Shown here: positions 42,055 through 51,329 of the stretch, in pieces | Position numbering within the stretch: position 1 is the first letter of the stretch | Layout of the letters: every line of letters begins with the position of its first letter | Assembly: GCF_019459305.1 (NCBI RefSeq) | Contig: NZ_JAIBES010000072.1 | Coordinates: 2,331-66,330, forward strand | Direction of reading: 5' to 3' | Source: Sphingopyxis sp. | GTDB lineage: Bacteria > Pseudomonadota > Alphaproteobacteria > Sphingomonadales > Sphingomonadaceae | DNA length: 64,000 nucleotides | The notes under the pieces: model-generated | Told to the model about the DNA's origin: nothing | Databases searched by the model: none | The model's input: only the letters and a program-made list of their open reading frames with translations | Program-made: the position numbers and the translations under genes

Positions 42055-42745
42055 GACGCACGCGCTGATCAAGGATTATGTCATCGGCGGCGAGGTGCTC
42101 CACGCCGTCAACGGCGTATCGCTCGCGATCCAGCGCGGCGAATTTGTCGCAATCATGGGGGCAAGCGGCAGTGGCAAGTCGACCTTCATGAACATGATCG
42201 GTTGCCTCGACACGCCTACATCGGGAACTTTGCTGCTCGACGGTATCGACACCAAAGGCCTGTCGAGCGACGAACTGGCCGAAATCCGCAATCGCAAGAT
42301 CGGGTTCGTCTTTCAGCAGTTCAATCTGCTGCCGCGCACCAGCGCGCTCGACAATGTCGCCGTGCCGCTGATCTATGCCGGGCTCGACCGGGTCGAACGC
42401 GCGCGGCGCGCAAAAGCGAAGCTTGAAGCGCTGGGGCTCGGCGATCGGCTGGCCAATAGTCCGGCCAAGCTGTCGGGCGGGCAGCAACAGCGCGTTGCGA
42501 TCGCGCGCGCGCTGGTCACTGAACCGCTGATGCTGCTCGCCGACGAACCGACCGGTGCGCTCGATACTCAGACGTCGAACGATATCATGGGCATTTTTCA
42601 AGCCCTCAACGACCAAGGCATTACGATCATCTTAGTGACGCACGAGCCCGATATTGCCGAATATGCCGAACGACGGATACTGTTTCGAGACGGGAAAGTC
42701 ATCGAAGACGGACCGGTGGCCAAGCGGCGGAGCGCCGCGCCGTGA
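42023..42745 (+). CDS. MacB-type ABC transporter ATP-binding protein
   Basis: Walker [10 protein letters not shown], signature [15 protein letters not shown], Walker B LLADEPT. An alternative start at 42038 is possible. Confidence 0.9.
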   Translation: MRTAAMIPLLETHALIKDYVIGGEVLHAVNGVSLAIQRGEFVAIMGASGSGKSTFMNMIGCLDTPTSGTLLLDGIDTKGLSSDELAEIRNRKIGFVFQQFNLLPRTSALDNVAVPLIYAGLDRVERARRAKAKLEALGLGDRLANSPAKLSGGQQQRVAIARALVTEPLMLLADEPTGALDTQTSNDIMGIFQALNDQGITIILVTHEPDIAEYAERRILFRDGKVIEDGPVAKRRSAAP

Positions 42746-43992
42746 TCCAGCGCGCCTGGAGAAATCTCGCTGGCTGGGGCATCAACGTCGCGATTGCGCT
42801 GACCGCGCTACGCGTCAATCTCATGCGATCGATCCTCACGACCCTAGGTGTCATGATCGGCGTGTTCTCGGTTATATTGGCGGTCGCCATCGGTGCGGGC
42901 GCGCAAGTGTCGGTAACCGAATCGATCGGGGCGCTCGGCGCCAATATGGCGATTGTTGTGCCGCAGCCCGATAGCGACGGCCCCCGTCAGACGACCGATC
43001 GCGGTCGTCTGACCGAGCGTGATATCAAGGCGATCGCCAAGCAGGTCCCAGGCATCATCGCCACCGCTCCGCAACTCCGCACCAGGGTCCAGTTGGTAGC
43101 GAGTGGCCGAAATGCCACAACCGAGGTGATCGGCGTGACCCCGGACTATGCTGTTGTCAGCAACGTCAACACCGACGAAGGCCGTTTCATCGAACAGGGT
43201 GACGTGAATGCCTCTTCGCGTGTCGCGGTGATCGGCGAGACCGTCGCGACCAAATTGTTCGGCACCTATGACCCGGTCGGGGAAACGGTGCGCATCAATC
43301 GCGTGCCGTTCAAAATCATCGGTCTATTGGAAAGCAAAGGCAGCAGTTTCGGCAATGACAATGACGATCTCGTTGTTGTCCCCCTGGGCACGCTGCGGCA
43401 GCGCCTGCTCGATACCCCAGCGCAGGGGCCAGACGACATTCATATTGCCTTTGTCGGTTTCGACGACGAGCCCTCGCTGATCGCCGGTCAAAAGGCGATC
43501 AAGAAACTCCTGCGCGAGCGATATCGTGTGGCGAAGGGCAAGATCAATCCGTTTACCGTGCGAACGACCACCGAAATTGCCGAGGTGACCGGGCAGGCGA
43601 CGCAGATCTTTCAGGCGCTATTGGTCGCAATCGCGTCGATCTCCTTGCTCGTAGGGGGGATCGGGATCATGAACATAATGTTGGTCAGCGTAACCGAGCG
43701 CACCCGCGAGATCGGCCTCCGCATGGCGTTGGGCGCAAAGCGCGCCGATATTCGCAATCAGTTCCTGGTCGAGGCGGCGGTCCTGTGCGTAATTGGCGGC
43801 GGCATCGGACTGGCGCTGGCCAAGGTCGCGGCGTTGGCCTTTGTGGCCTACGCCGACTTTCCCGCGCCGATCGGCTTTGGGGTCGCCGTGGGCGCGATCC
43901 TGTTTTCCGCCATCATCGGTCTCGCCTTTGGCGGCTGGCCCGCCATCCGCGCCTCGCGGCTTTCGCCGATTGAGGCTCTGCGTAGCGAGTAA
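42742..43992 (+). CDS. MacB-type ABC transporter permease (FtsX-like)
   Basis: MacB periplasmic domain between TM1 and the C-terminal FtsX TMs (GGIGIMNIMLVSVTERTREIGLRMALGA). Confidence 0.9.
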   Translation: MIQRAWRNLAGWGINVAIALTALRVNLMRSILTTLGVMIGVFSVILAVAIGAGAQVSVTESIGALGANMAIVVPQPDSDGPRQTTDRGRLTERDIKAIAKQVPGIIATAPQLRTRVQLVASGRNATTEVIGVTPDYAVVSNVNTDEGRFIEQGDVNASSRVAVIGETVATKLFGTYDPVGETVRINRVPFKIIGLLESKGSSFGNDNDDLVVVPLGTLRQRLLDTPAQGPDDIHIAFVGFDDEPSLIAGQKAIKKLLRERYRVAKGKINPFTVRTTTEIAEVTGQATQIFQALLVAIASISLLVGGIGIMNIMLVSVTERTREIGLRMALGAKRADIRNQFLVEAAVLCVIGGGIGLALAKVAALAFVAYADFPAPIGFGVAVGAILFSAIIGLAFGGWPAIRASRLSPIEALRSE

Positions 43993-44296
43993 GAACAACG
44001 TTTTTAGAAATTCAAATTTGAATGCTGTCCCGCGCGCGCAGTGAGATCTTCCTTCCAGACCGTGACCGCGTCTATCCCGACTTTTGGTCGCCTCCCATCT
44101 TTCAATCGTGTGAGCAGCCGAAGGCCGCTAACTCGCCGAGCAGCCGAGAACCAGTGCGAACCAGCGGCAAGGACGATCGGCCAGTGGCGCGACGCGTCAG
44201 TGACCGCCCACGACGCGGTCAGCAGCGCAAGCATGGCGGTCATGAATGCCGTCGCCGCGATCATGATGCTGCGGTCGGCGAAACGGTCGAGGAGAC

Positions 44297-44410
44297 GTGA
44301 CGGCCGGGCTACCACTTCTCACGATTGCGCAAATATCCGGCACAAGCGCCGAAATGATCGAGCGGCATTATGGCCACCTTGCCCGCGGCGCTGCCAGATT
44401 GGAACAAGTT
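44297..44410 (+). pseudogene. tyrosine recombinase/integrase C-terminal relic
   Basis: AGLPLLTIAQISGTSAEMIERHYGHLA corresponds to the final ...LGH-x-x-x-MT-x-x-Y-x-HL box including the catalytic Tyr. No intact upstream catalytic core was found in any frame. Confidence 0.45.
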
Positions 44411-44475
44411 AGACAAAAAAAGTCGGTTTTCTGGGCTTTGTTCTGTCCCATTATGTTCGGGATTGTGCGGTTTCC

Positions 44476-44524
44476 CTGCAATTGCACTGCAGAGGCAGGG
44501 GTTCGATTTCCCTCGGCTCCACCA
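44476..44524 (+). other. tRNA-Ala(UGC)-like 3' fragment (anticodon arm to CCA), no 5' half
   Basis: CTGCA-ATTGCAC-TGCAG anticodon arm (UGC). AGGGG-TTCGATT-TCCCT T-arm (G53-U61 instead of G-C). Acceptor 3' strand CGGCTCC with U70, discriminator A, CCA. No matching GGRGCCG or D-arm upstream. Confidence 0.6.
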
Positions 44525-44541
44525 GCGACCCTCCGAAACCT

Positions 44542-45705
44542 TCAGCTTGCGTAATCGCGGATCATGTTCTTGGCGATCACTAGCTGCTGGATCTGCGTCG
44601 TTCCTTCATAAATCCGGTAAATGCGGCAGTCGCGATAGAAGCGTTCGGCGAGATATTCCTTAAGATAGCCGGCGCCGCCGTGGATCTGTACCACGCGGTC
44701 GGCAACGCGACCGCACATTTCGCTTGCGAACATCTTGGTTGCCGCGGCTTCGACGAGAATTTTCTCGCCGCGATCGGCGCGCGCGCTGGCATCGTTCAAC
44801 ATACAGTCGGCGGCATAGATTTCGGCCTTGCTGTCGGCGAGCATGGCCTGGATCAGCTGGAAATTGGCGATCGGCTCACCGAACGCCTTGCGTTCCATTG
44901 CATATTTCATGCCCGCATCGAGCATCCGCTTGGCATAGCCGACGCTGGCGGCAGCGACCGACAGGCGGCCGTTGTCCAGGCTCTGCATCGCGGCCCGAAA
45001 GCCGATGCCTTCTTCGCCGCCGAGTAGCGCGTCGCCATCGACATGCACATCTTCGAGAATGACGTCGGCGATCTGCGATCCCGCCTGTCCCATCTTGCCA
45101 TCGGGCTTGCCGATCGACACGCCGGGAGCATCACGCGGGACTAGAAAGGCGCTGACGTGCGCGTTCTTTGGCAGCGCTTCGGCATTGGTGCGCGCCATGA
45201 CGAGGATCATATCGGCAAAGGGGGCGTTAGTAATGTAACGCTTGGTGCCGTTTAGCACATAGCCATTGCCGTCGCGCACCGCCCGGGTCTTCATCGCCGC
45301 GCTGTCCGATCCGCTATCGGGTTCGGTCAGGCCAAAGGCGGCGATTGTGCCCATCGCCAGCTTGGGCAGCCAATGCTCCTTCTGCGCCCCGGTGCCAAAG
45401 CCGACCAGCGATTTGCACACCATACCAATGTTGATCGATACGATCGAACGATAGGCAGGCGAGGCGTAAGCGATCTCGCGGATGAAGCCGACATATTGGC
45501 TGATATTCATGCCCGCGCCGCCATATTGTTCGGGCATGGTGACCCCGAACAGCCCCATGTCGCGCATTTCCTCAAGAATGTCGTCGGGAACGCGGCCGAG
45601 TTCTTCGAGCTGGTTCTCCGCCGGAATGAGCCGTTCGCGGACATAGCGCTGCAACTGTTCCATGAAGGCGTCATAGATGTCGGCGTCCATTCCCGGATTG
45701 GTCAT
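44542..45705 (-). CDS. acyl-CoA dehydrogenase
   Basis: Family pattern LTEPDSGSD, GTKRYITN, C-terminal RIYRIYEGTTQIQQLVIA. Confidence 0.92.
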   Translation of the reverse strand: MTNPGMDADIYDAFMEQLQRYVRERLIPAENQLEELGRVPDDILEEMRDMGLFGVTMPEQYGGAGMNISQYVGFIREIAYASPAYRSIVSINIGMVCKSLVGFGTGAQKEHWLPKLAMGTIAAFGLTEPDSGSDSAAMKTRAVRDGNGYVLNGTKRYITNAPFADMILVMARTNAEALPKNAHVSAFLVPRDAPGVSIGKPDGKMGQAGSQIADVILEDVHVDGDALLGGEEGIGFRAAMQSLDNGRLSVAAASVGYAKRMLDAGMKYAMERKAFGEPIANFQLIQAMLADSKAEIYAADCMLNDASARADRGEKILVEAAATKMFASEMCGRVADRVVQIHGGAGYLKEYLAERFYRDCRIYRIYEGTTQIQQLVIAKNMIRDYAS

Positions 45706-45724
45706 TGTCTTCCTGTCCCTTGGT

Positions 45725-46774
45725 CTATTGTTCCGAATAGCTATCGATCGCCGAGAAAATGCGGGTCAGCTGTTCGCGTTCATCGGCGTCGAGGTCGGGA
45801 CGCCATATTTCGAACAGCAAGATCGCGCGGTCGCTCGTGCCGCGGTTCCAGGCTTCATGTTCGATACTGTCGTCGAAGATCAGCAATTCGCCCTCGACCC
45901 AGCTTCGCGTTTCCGCCCCGACGCGCAGCCCGCAGCCGTCCGGCACCACCAGCGGCAAATGGCAGACCAAGCGTGTGTTGAGCATGCCGTGGTGCGGCTG
46001 GATATGGGTGCCGGGGGTCAGCCGCGAAAAAAGGGCGAGTGGCGCGCGGCCCGGAATGATGGGCTGCGGCGCGCGACTGAGGGCAGCGAGAGTGGTGGGG
46101 CAAAGCAAGTCCATGCCTTCGGCGATCTGGCCGTCTTTCCAAAGCCAGGCAGCGCCCCAGTCGGGTTTATCTAGCAGCGGATTATTGGGTGGCGGACGAT
46201 TCGGTGCCGCGGTGACATAGGGACCGAAGCGGTCTGGTGCGGTGTCGTTCAAGGCCAGCAGTTCGGCGCGAATGGCGTCGGTGGCCGCTTCAATTGCGGC
46301 TACCCAGTCAAACATCTCGCGATCAAAGAATGGGCGCTGAACGAGACCGGGAAAATAGAACATACTGGGTTGTTGCAGAAAGACTTGTTGCTCACCCGCG
46401 AGCAGGCGCAATGCTTCGGCAACCCGCGGCGTGGCCGTGCGCGCGTCGATGCCCGCGCTGCGGAGCTGGCCGAGCAGATGATCGGCAAAGGCGCGCTCCG
46501 ACGCCATGAGAAATTGTTCTGCGCGTCTAAGGCCGGGGTGAAGTGACACCGGGACGTTGCCCGACTGGGTCGCGGTACCCAGCGCGAGGCGATAAAAGGA
46601 CGCGGCTGCGCGATTATCGTGCAGGCGCCGCTGGAGTTCGGCCATAGCAAGCATGGCGGCGATATTTGCACGATCGGACTGGATCGCGGCGGACAGCGCC
46701 GCTGTCTCGGCGGCAACATCGCCGTGGCGTTCGGCGTCGCGGGCCTGGTCCAGCCATGTTAGTTGCTGCGTCAT
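45725..46774 (-). CDS. aspartyl/asparaginyl beta-hydroxylase domain protein with TPR-like N-terminus
   Basis: C-terminal cupin core LTPGTHIQPHHGMLNTRLVCHLPLVVP...LIFDDSIEHEAWN. Confidence 0.8.
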   Translation of the reverse strand: MTQQLTWLDQARDAERHGDVAAETAALSAAIQSDRANIAAMLAMAELQRRLHDNRAAASFYRLALGTATQSGNVPVSLHPGLRRAEQFLMASERAFADHLLGQLRSAGIDARTATPRVAEALRLLAGEQQVFLQQPSMFYFPGLVQRPFFDREMFDWVAAIEAATDAIRAELLALNDTAPDRFGPYVTAAPNRPPPNNPLLDKPDWGAAWLWKDGQIAEGMDLLCPTTLAALSRAPQPIIPGRAPLALFSRLTPGTHIQPHHGMLNTRLVCHLPLVVPDGCGLRVGAETRSWVEGELLIFDDSIEHEAWNRGTSDRAILLFEIWRPDLDADEREQLTRIFSAIDSYSEQ

Positions 46775-46861
46775 TGTCTATGCCATAACGCAGCAATCAA
46801 CCTTTGCAAACGGCGCCATGTGCGGCTTCGACTCGCCGGTAGGATCACCCGCTGATATCGC

Positions 46862-49171
46862 TCAAGCTAGATCGACGAAGCTATCCAGAACACGCTTGGT
46901 GCCGGCTTGTTCGAAGTCAACCTCCAGCTTGTTCCCGTCGATGTCGGCGATTTCGCCATATCCGAATTTTTCGTGGAAGATGCGCATGCCGATCGCGAGA
47001 TCGGCGCGCGGCTTGGCGCCGACCGACGCCGCCGGACCTTTCTCGCTGGGGGCAGGGGCGCGGGTGATCGTCGATTGCGCGGTGGCGCGCTGCCACGCGG
47101 GCCCGCGCGTCATGATCCGCGACGGCTGGCGTTCTGTAACATGCGCGAACGGATCGCCCTGCGCCGACCAGTTGGCGCGCCACAGGCTTTCTCCGCCGCC
47201 GAAGCTGTTCTCGCTGTCGACATGCTCGGGCGGGATTTCGGCGATGAAGCGGCTGGGGATGCTGCTCATCCACTGGCCATAGATGCGGCGGTTGGCGGCG
47301 TGATAGATGCTGGCACGCTGGCGCGCTCGGGTGATCGCAACATAGGCTAGACGGCGCTCTTCCTCGAGACTGGCAGTGCCGCCCTCGTCCATCGAGCGCT
47401 GCGACGGGAATACGCCATCCTCCCACCCGGCGAGGAAGACATGGTCGAACTCGAGCCCTTTGGCCGCGTGGATCGTCATGATGGTGACGGTTTCGGTCTC
47501 ATCATTCTGGTCGCGGTCCATGACCAAGCTGGCATGCTCGAGAAAGGCTTCGAGTGAGTCATACTCCTCCATCGCGCGGACGAGTTCGGAGAGGTTGTCG
47601 AGCCGCCCTGCGGCTTCGACGCTGCGGTCGGCTTGCAACATCGCGGTGTATCCCGATTCGTCGAGGATCAGCTGGGTCAGTTCGGGGTGCGAAAGATTGC
47701 CCGCCTTTTCCTGCCAGCCGCGCATCAGCGCGACGAAATTGGCGAGCTGGCGACGGGCTTGCGGCGTGAGCTCATCGGTTTCGGTGATGCGCGCCGCGGA
47801 CCGGAGCAGCGGTGTCTGTTCGATCCGCGCAAACTGGTGGATGCGCGCGAGCGCCTTATCGCCGAGCCCGCGTTTGGGCGTGTTGATGATGCGCTCGAAC
47901 GCGAGATCGTCGGCGGGTGATTGGACAAGGCGCAGGTAGGCGAGGGCGTCGCGGATTTCGGCGCGTTCGTAGAAGCGGTAGCCGCCGACGATGCGGTACG
48001 GCATGCCGATCGCGATGAAGCGATCTTCGAACTCGCGTGTCTGGAACTGCGCGCGGACGAGGATCGCGGCGCGGTCGAGGCTAACCTTGCGAATCTGGAG
48101 CGTTTCGAGTTCTTCGCCGATCCGACGTGCCTCCTCTGGCCCGTCCCACACACCGACCACGCGAAGCTTGTCGCCGGGTTCGAGATCAGTCCATAGCGTC
48201 TTGCCCAGGCGACCGCTGTTCTGCGCGATCAGCGCAGAGGCGGCAGCCAGGATCTGCGGGGTCGAGCGGTAATTTTGTTCGAGGCGGATCACGGTCGCGC
48301 CAGGGAAATCCTTTTCGAAGCGCAGGATGTTCGCAACCTCGGCGCCGCGCCAGCTGTAGATCGACTGATCGTCATCGCCGACGCAGCAGATATTTTTGCG
48401 CTGCTGCGCGAGCAATCGGAGCCAGAGATATTGGCTGGCGTTGGTATCCTGATATTCGTCGACAAGGATATATTTGAAGCGCTCCTGATATTGCTCGAGG
48501 ACGTCGCGGTGGTTCTTGAGGATCACCAGCATGTGGAGCAGCAGGTCGCCGAAATCGCACGCATTGAGCGTCTTCAGCCGCGCCTGATAGAGCGCGTAGA
48601 AATGCTGGCCTTTGCCGTCGGCGTAGGATTCCTTGTCGGCGGCATCGAGGTCGGCGGGGACGAGGCCGCGGTTTTTCCATTTGTCGATCAGCCCCGCCAG
48701 CTGGCGCGCGGGCCAGCGCTTTTCGTCGAGCCCGTCGGCCTGGATCAGCTGTTTCAGAACGCGGAGCTGGTCGTCGGTGTCGAGGATGGTGAAATTGCTT
48801 TGCAGACCGACCAGTTCGGCATGGCGGCGCAGCATCTTGGCGGCGATGCTGTGAAAGGTCCCGAGCCACGCCATGCCCTCGACCGCATCACCCATCATTC
48901 GCCCGATACGTTCGCGCATTTCGCGCGCCGCCTTGTTGGTAAAGGTGACCGCGAGGATTTCGGACGGCCAGGCGCGCCTGGTGGCAATAATGTGTCCCAG
49001 CCGCGCGGTGAGCGCCGCGGTCTTGCCGGTCCCGGCACCCGCAAGCATCAGCACCGGCCCTTCGGTCGTCAACACCGCTTGCCGCTGCGGCCCGTTCAAT
49101 CCTTGCAGATAGGGCGGGTCCGACGGATCGGGCGGGGGCAGGTCGGCCAGCGAGGCGGGGGGCAGGGTCAC
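46862..49171 (-). CDS. uvrD: ATP-dependent DNA helicase UvrD/PcrA family
   Basis: Helicase motifs AGAGTGKT, TFTNKAAREM, VDEYQDTN, VGDDDQSIYSWRGA, TIHAAKGLEF, YVAITRA. GTG start. Confidence 0.93.
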   Translation of the reverse strand: MTLPPASLADLPPPDPSDPPYLQGLNGPQRQAVLTTEGPVLMLAGAGTGKTAALTARLGHIIATRRAWPSEILAVTFTNKAAREMRERIGRMMGDAVEGMAWLGTFHSIAAKMLRRHAELVGLQSNFTILDTDDQLRVLKQLIQADGLDEKRWPARQLAGLIDKWKNRGLVPADLDAADKESYADGKGQHFYALYQARLKTLNACDFGDLLLHMLVILKNHRDVLEQYQERFKYILVDEYQDTNASQYLWLRLLAQQRKNICCVGDDDQSIYSWRGAEVANILRFEKDFPGATVIRLEQNYRSTPQILAAASALIAQNSGRLGKTLWTDLEPGDKLRVVGVWDGPEEARRIGEELETLQIRKVSLDRAAILVRAQFQTREFEDRFIAIGMPYRIVGGYRFYERAEIRDALAYLRLVQSPADDLAFERIINTPKRGLGDKALARIHQFARIEQTPLLRSAARITETDELTPQARRQLANFVALMRGWQEKAGNLSHPELTQLILDESGYTAMLQADRSVEAAGRLDNLSELVRAMEEYDSLEAFLEHASLVMDRDQNDETETVTIMTIHAAKGLEFDHVFLAGWEDGVFPSQRSMDEGGTASLEEERRLAYVAITRARQRASIYHAANRRIYGQWMSSIPSRFIAEIPPEHVDSENSFGGGESLWRANWSAQGDPFAHVTERQPSRIMTRGPAWQRATAQSTITRAPAPSEKGPAASVGAKPRADLAIGMRIFHEKFGYGEIADIDGNKLEVDFEQAGTKRVLDSFVDLA

Positions 49172-49225
49172 GCGCGAACGATTAGGGAACAGCGGCGGCG
49201 CTGTCCAGCTTGGCGCTGTGGGTTG

Positions 49226-49768
49226 TTACGCGAGACGCAGCAACGTCAGCCGCGCCTTGCCGACCTTCCGATCGGCATCGATCGCGAAGCCCGCCACTTC
49301 GACGGTTTCGCTATGCCCGGTTTCAACCGAAACCCAGCTGTCGGGGCCGATCCAGCCGAGGCGGTGCAGCTTGTCGAGCGCAACGCTGGCGGCGCCGGTG
49401 CCATAAGGCGGGTCGAGCATCAGCAGGTCATAGGCGCGCGGCGCCGGGCCAAGGCCGAGCGCCGATCCGGAGCGGACATCGGCGCGCGCGGTCGCACCCA
49501 GACTGGACAGATTGCCGCGCAGCACGTCGAGCGCGTCGCGGTCCTGTTCGGCGAACAGGCAGGAGGCAGCGCCGCGCGACAAGGCTTCGATGCCGAGCGC
49601 GCCCGATCCCGCGAACAGGTCGGCGACGACCAGCCCCTCGAAACTGCCAAGGCGGCTCGTCAGCATTGAGAACAAAGTCTCGCGGGTACGATCCGCGGTC
49701 GGGCGCGTCGCGTCGCCCTTGGGCGCCAGCAGCTTGCGGCCGCGCCATTCGCCTGAAATCACGCGCAT
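49226..49768 (-). CDS. rsmD: 16S rRNA (guanine966-N2)-methyltransferase RsmD
   Basis: MRVISGEWRGRKL...TRPTADRTRETLFSML...DLFAGSGALGIEALSRGA...LDPPYG. Confidence 0.85.
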   Translation of the reverse strand: MRVISGEWRGRKLLAPKGDATRPTADRTRETLFSMLTSRLGSFEGLVVADLFAGSGALGIEALSRGAASCLFAEQDRDALDVLRGNLSSLGATARADVRSGSALGLGPAPRAYDLLMLDPPYGTGAASVALDKLHRLGWIGPDSWVSVETGHSETVEVAGFAIDADRKVGKARLTLLRLA

Positions 49769-49772
49769 CGGA

Positions 49773-50636
49773 TCAGCCCATATGCCGGCGGAATTTGAAC
49801 AATTCGTCGCGCGGAACGACATCAACCGCGCCCATGGGCAATCCGTCGAGCTCGAATGCGCCGTAATGCGTGCGAATCAGGCGGCTGACCTGGAGCCCGA
49901 AATGTTCGAGCACCTTGCGGACTTCGCGGTTCTTACCCTCGGTCAACGTCATTTCGACCCATTGGTTGCGCCCGGTGCGTCGCTCGAGGTTGGCGTCGAT
50001 CTTGCCATAGGTGACGCCGTCGATGGTGATTCCCATCGCGAGTTCTTCCAACTGTTCCTGGCTGATGTCGCCAAAGGCGCGCGCGCGATAGGTGCGCTCG
50101 ACTCCGCTGGCGGGCAGTTCAAGTTGACGCTTGAATTCGCCATCGTTGGTCAGCAGCAGCAAGCCCTCGGTATTGTAGTCGAGGCGGCCGACGGGCATCA
50201 GCCTCGGCAGATCCTTGGGCAACACGTCATAGATCGTCTTTCGCCCCTTGGGATCGCGCGCCGCGGTGATGCAGCCGGAAGGTTTGTGGAAGCGGTAGAG
50301 GCGCGTCGAGACGGGCTTGGCGACCGGATTGCCATCGACGGTCAGTCCTTCAAGCGAGGTCAGCATCGGCGCGGGCTGGACGACAACGACGCCGTTGAGC
50401 GCGATGCGTCCTTCCTCGACCATGCGTTCGACATCGCGGCGCGATCCGACACCGGCGCGCGCGAGCAGCTTGGCGATGCGCTGGGGTCCGTCCTCGTTGC
50501 GATCGGCGTCGGCGGGCTCAGCTTTGTGCGCCGAGGCGGCACCGCGCGCGGCACGGCGGCCTTTCGGAGCGTCGCGGTCGCCGATGGACTTGGGCGCGGA
50601 GCGCGAGGCGGCGCGGGGAGGTCGGCGGGTGGTCAT
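49773..50636 (-). CDS. rRNA pseudouridine synthase (RsuA/RluB family) with Arg-rich N-terminal extension
   Basis: S4 domain (RIAKLLARAGVGSRRDVERMVEEGRI). Catalytic GRLDYNTEGLLLLTNDG. Confidence 0.88.
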   Translation of the reverse strand: MTTRRPPRAASRSAPKSIGDRDAPKGRRAARGAASAHKAEPADADRNEDGPQRIAKLLARAGVGSRRDVERMVEEGRIALNGVVVVQPAPMLTSLEGLTVDGNPVAKPVSTRLYRFHKPSGCITAARDPKGRKTIYDVLPKDLPRLMPVGRLDYNTEGLLLLTNDGEFKRQLELPASGVERTYRARAFGDISQEQLEELAMGITIDGVTYGKIDANLERRTGRNQWVEMTLTEGKNREVRKVLEHFGLQVSRLIRTHYGAFELDGLPMGAVDVVPRDELFKFRRHMG

Positions 50637-50790
50637 GGGAACTGGTACGGCTTTCTTGTCGTTATGCGGACAGTAGTGTTGCCCTGTGGCCACGCTCATA
50701 GCCGGAAACGTATCTCTTCGTCGATGGGAAGCGGAAGCAATCTTGCACGACGGCGTCGATCGCGTCATGGCGCGTTCAAAGGGAGACAAT

Positions 50791-51228
50791 ATGCTCTTCG
50801 CGTCCCGCCCGTCCTGCATCAAGCGGCTGCTGATCATCGAGGATGATCCGCTGATCGCGTTCGATAACGAGCGGACGCTGAAACATAGCGGGTACGAGAT
50901 TGTCGCGACGGTCGATTCGGGCGAGGCGGCGGTTCCGATCATCGCCGATGAGCAGATCGACGCGGTGGTGCTGGATCTGGGACTCGCCGGGCATATGACG
51001 GGTCGCGAAGTCGCCCGATTGGCGCGCGATCGCGGCATTGCGGTGCTGCTGGTCACGGGTCGGTGTCCAGAGGACGCTGCCGACATCGCGGTCGCATGTC
51101 TGGCCAAGCCGCACGGCGCATCGGCGCTGGTTGCGGCGCTACGTGCAGTCGAAACGATGACCTGCAAAAACAAGGTACCGCGCAAGGTCAGCGGGCTGTT
51201 GACCTATTGGCGGCCCGAAGCCGCTTGA
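50791..51228 (+). CDS. single-domain response regulator (receiver)
   Basis: GGGAGA RBS. RLLIIEDDPLIA...VVLDLGLAGHMTG...LLVTG...KP receiver pattern. Confidence 0.75.
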   Translation: MLFASRPSCIKRLLIIEDDPLIAFDNERTLKHSGYEIVATVDSGEAAVPIIADEQIDAVVLDLGLAGHMTGREVARLARDRGIAVLLVTGRCPEDAADIAVACLAKPHGASALVAALRAVETMTCKNKVPRKVSGLLTYWRPEAA

Positions 51229-51329
51229 GCGCGGCCAACCGATAAATCGACGCTTCCAATTTGCCCGCGACGCTTTAGGCCAATCGGTCAGCGTGGCATC
51301 CCGGAAAGAGGATGCGGGGGAGCCTGTGC

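Noticed and set aside
44004-44315. 103-aa minus-strand ORF with two hydrophobic segments next to the integrase relic
   Set aside because: No RBS or recognisable family. It lies in the degraded island junction and overlaps possible integrase-derived sequence. Coding status undecidable by eye.
48275-50846. Two long plus-strand ORFs (464 and 444 aa) opposite uvrD, rsmD and the pseudouridine synthase
   Set aside because: Antisense to genes with clear catalytic motifs, with low-complexity Arg/Gly/Ala composition. Spurious.
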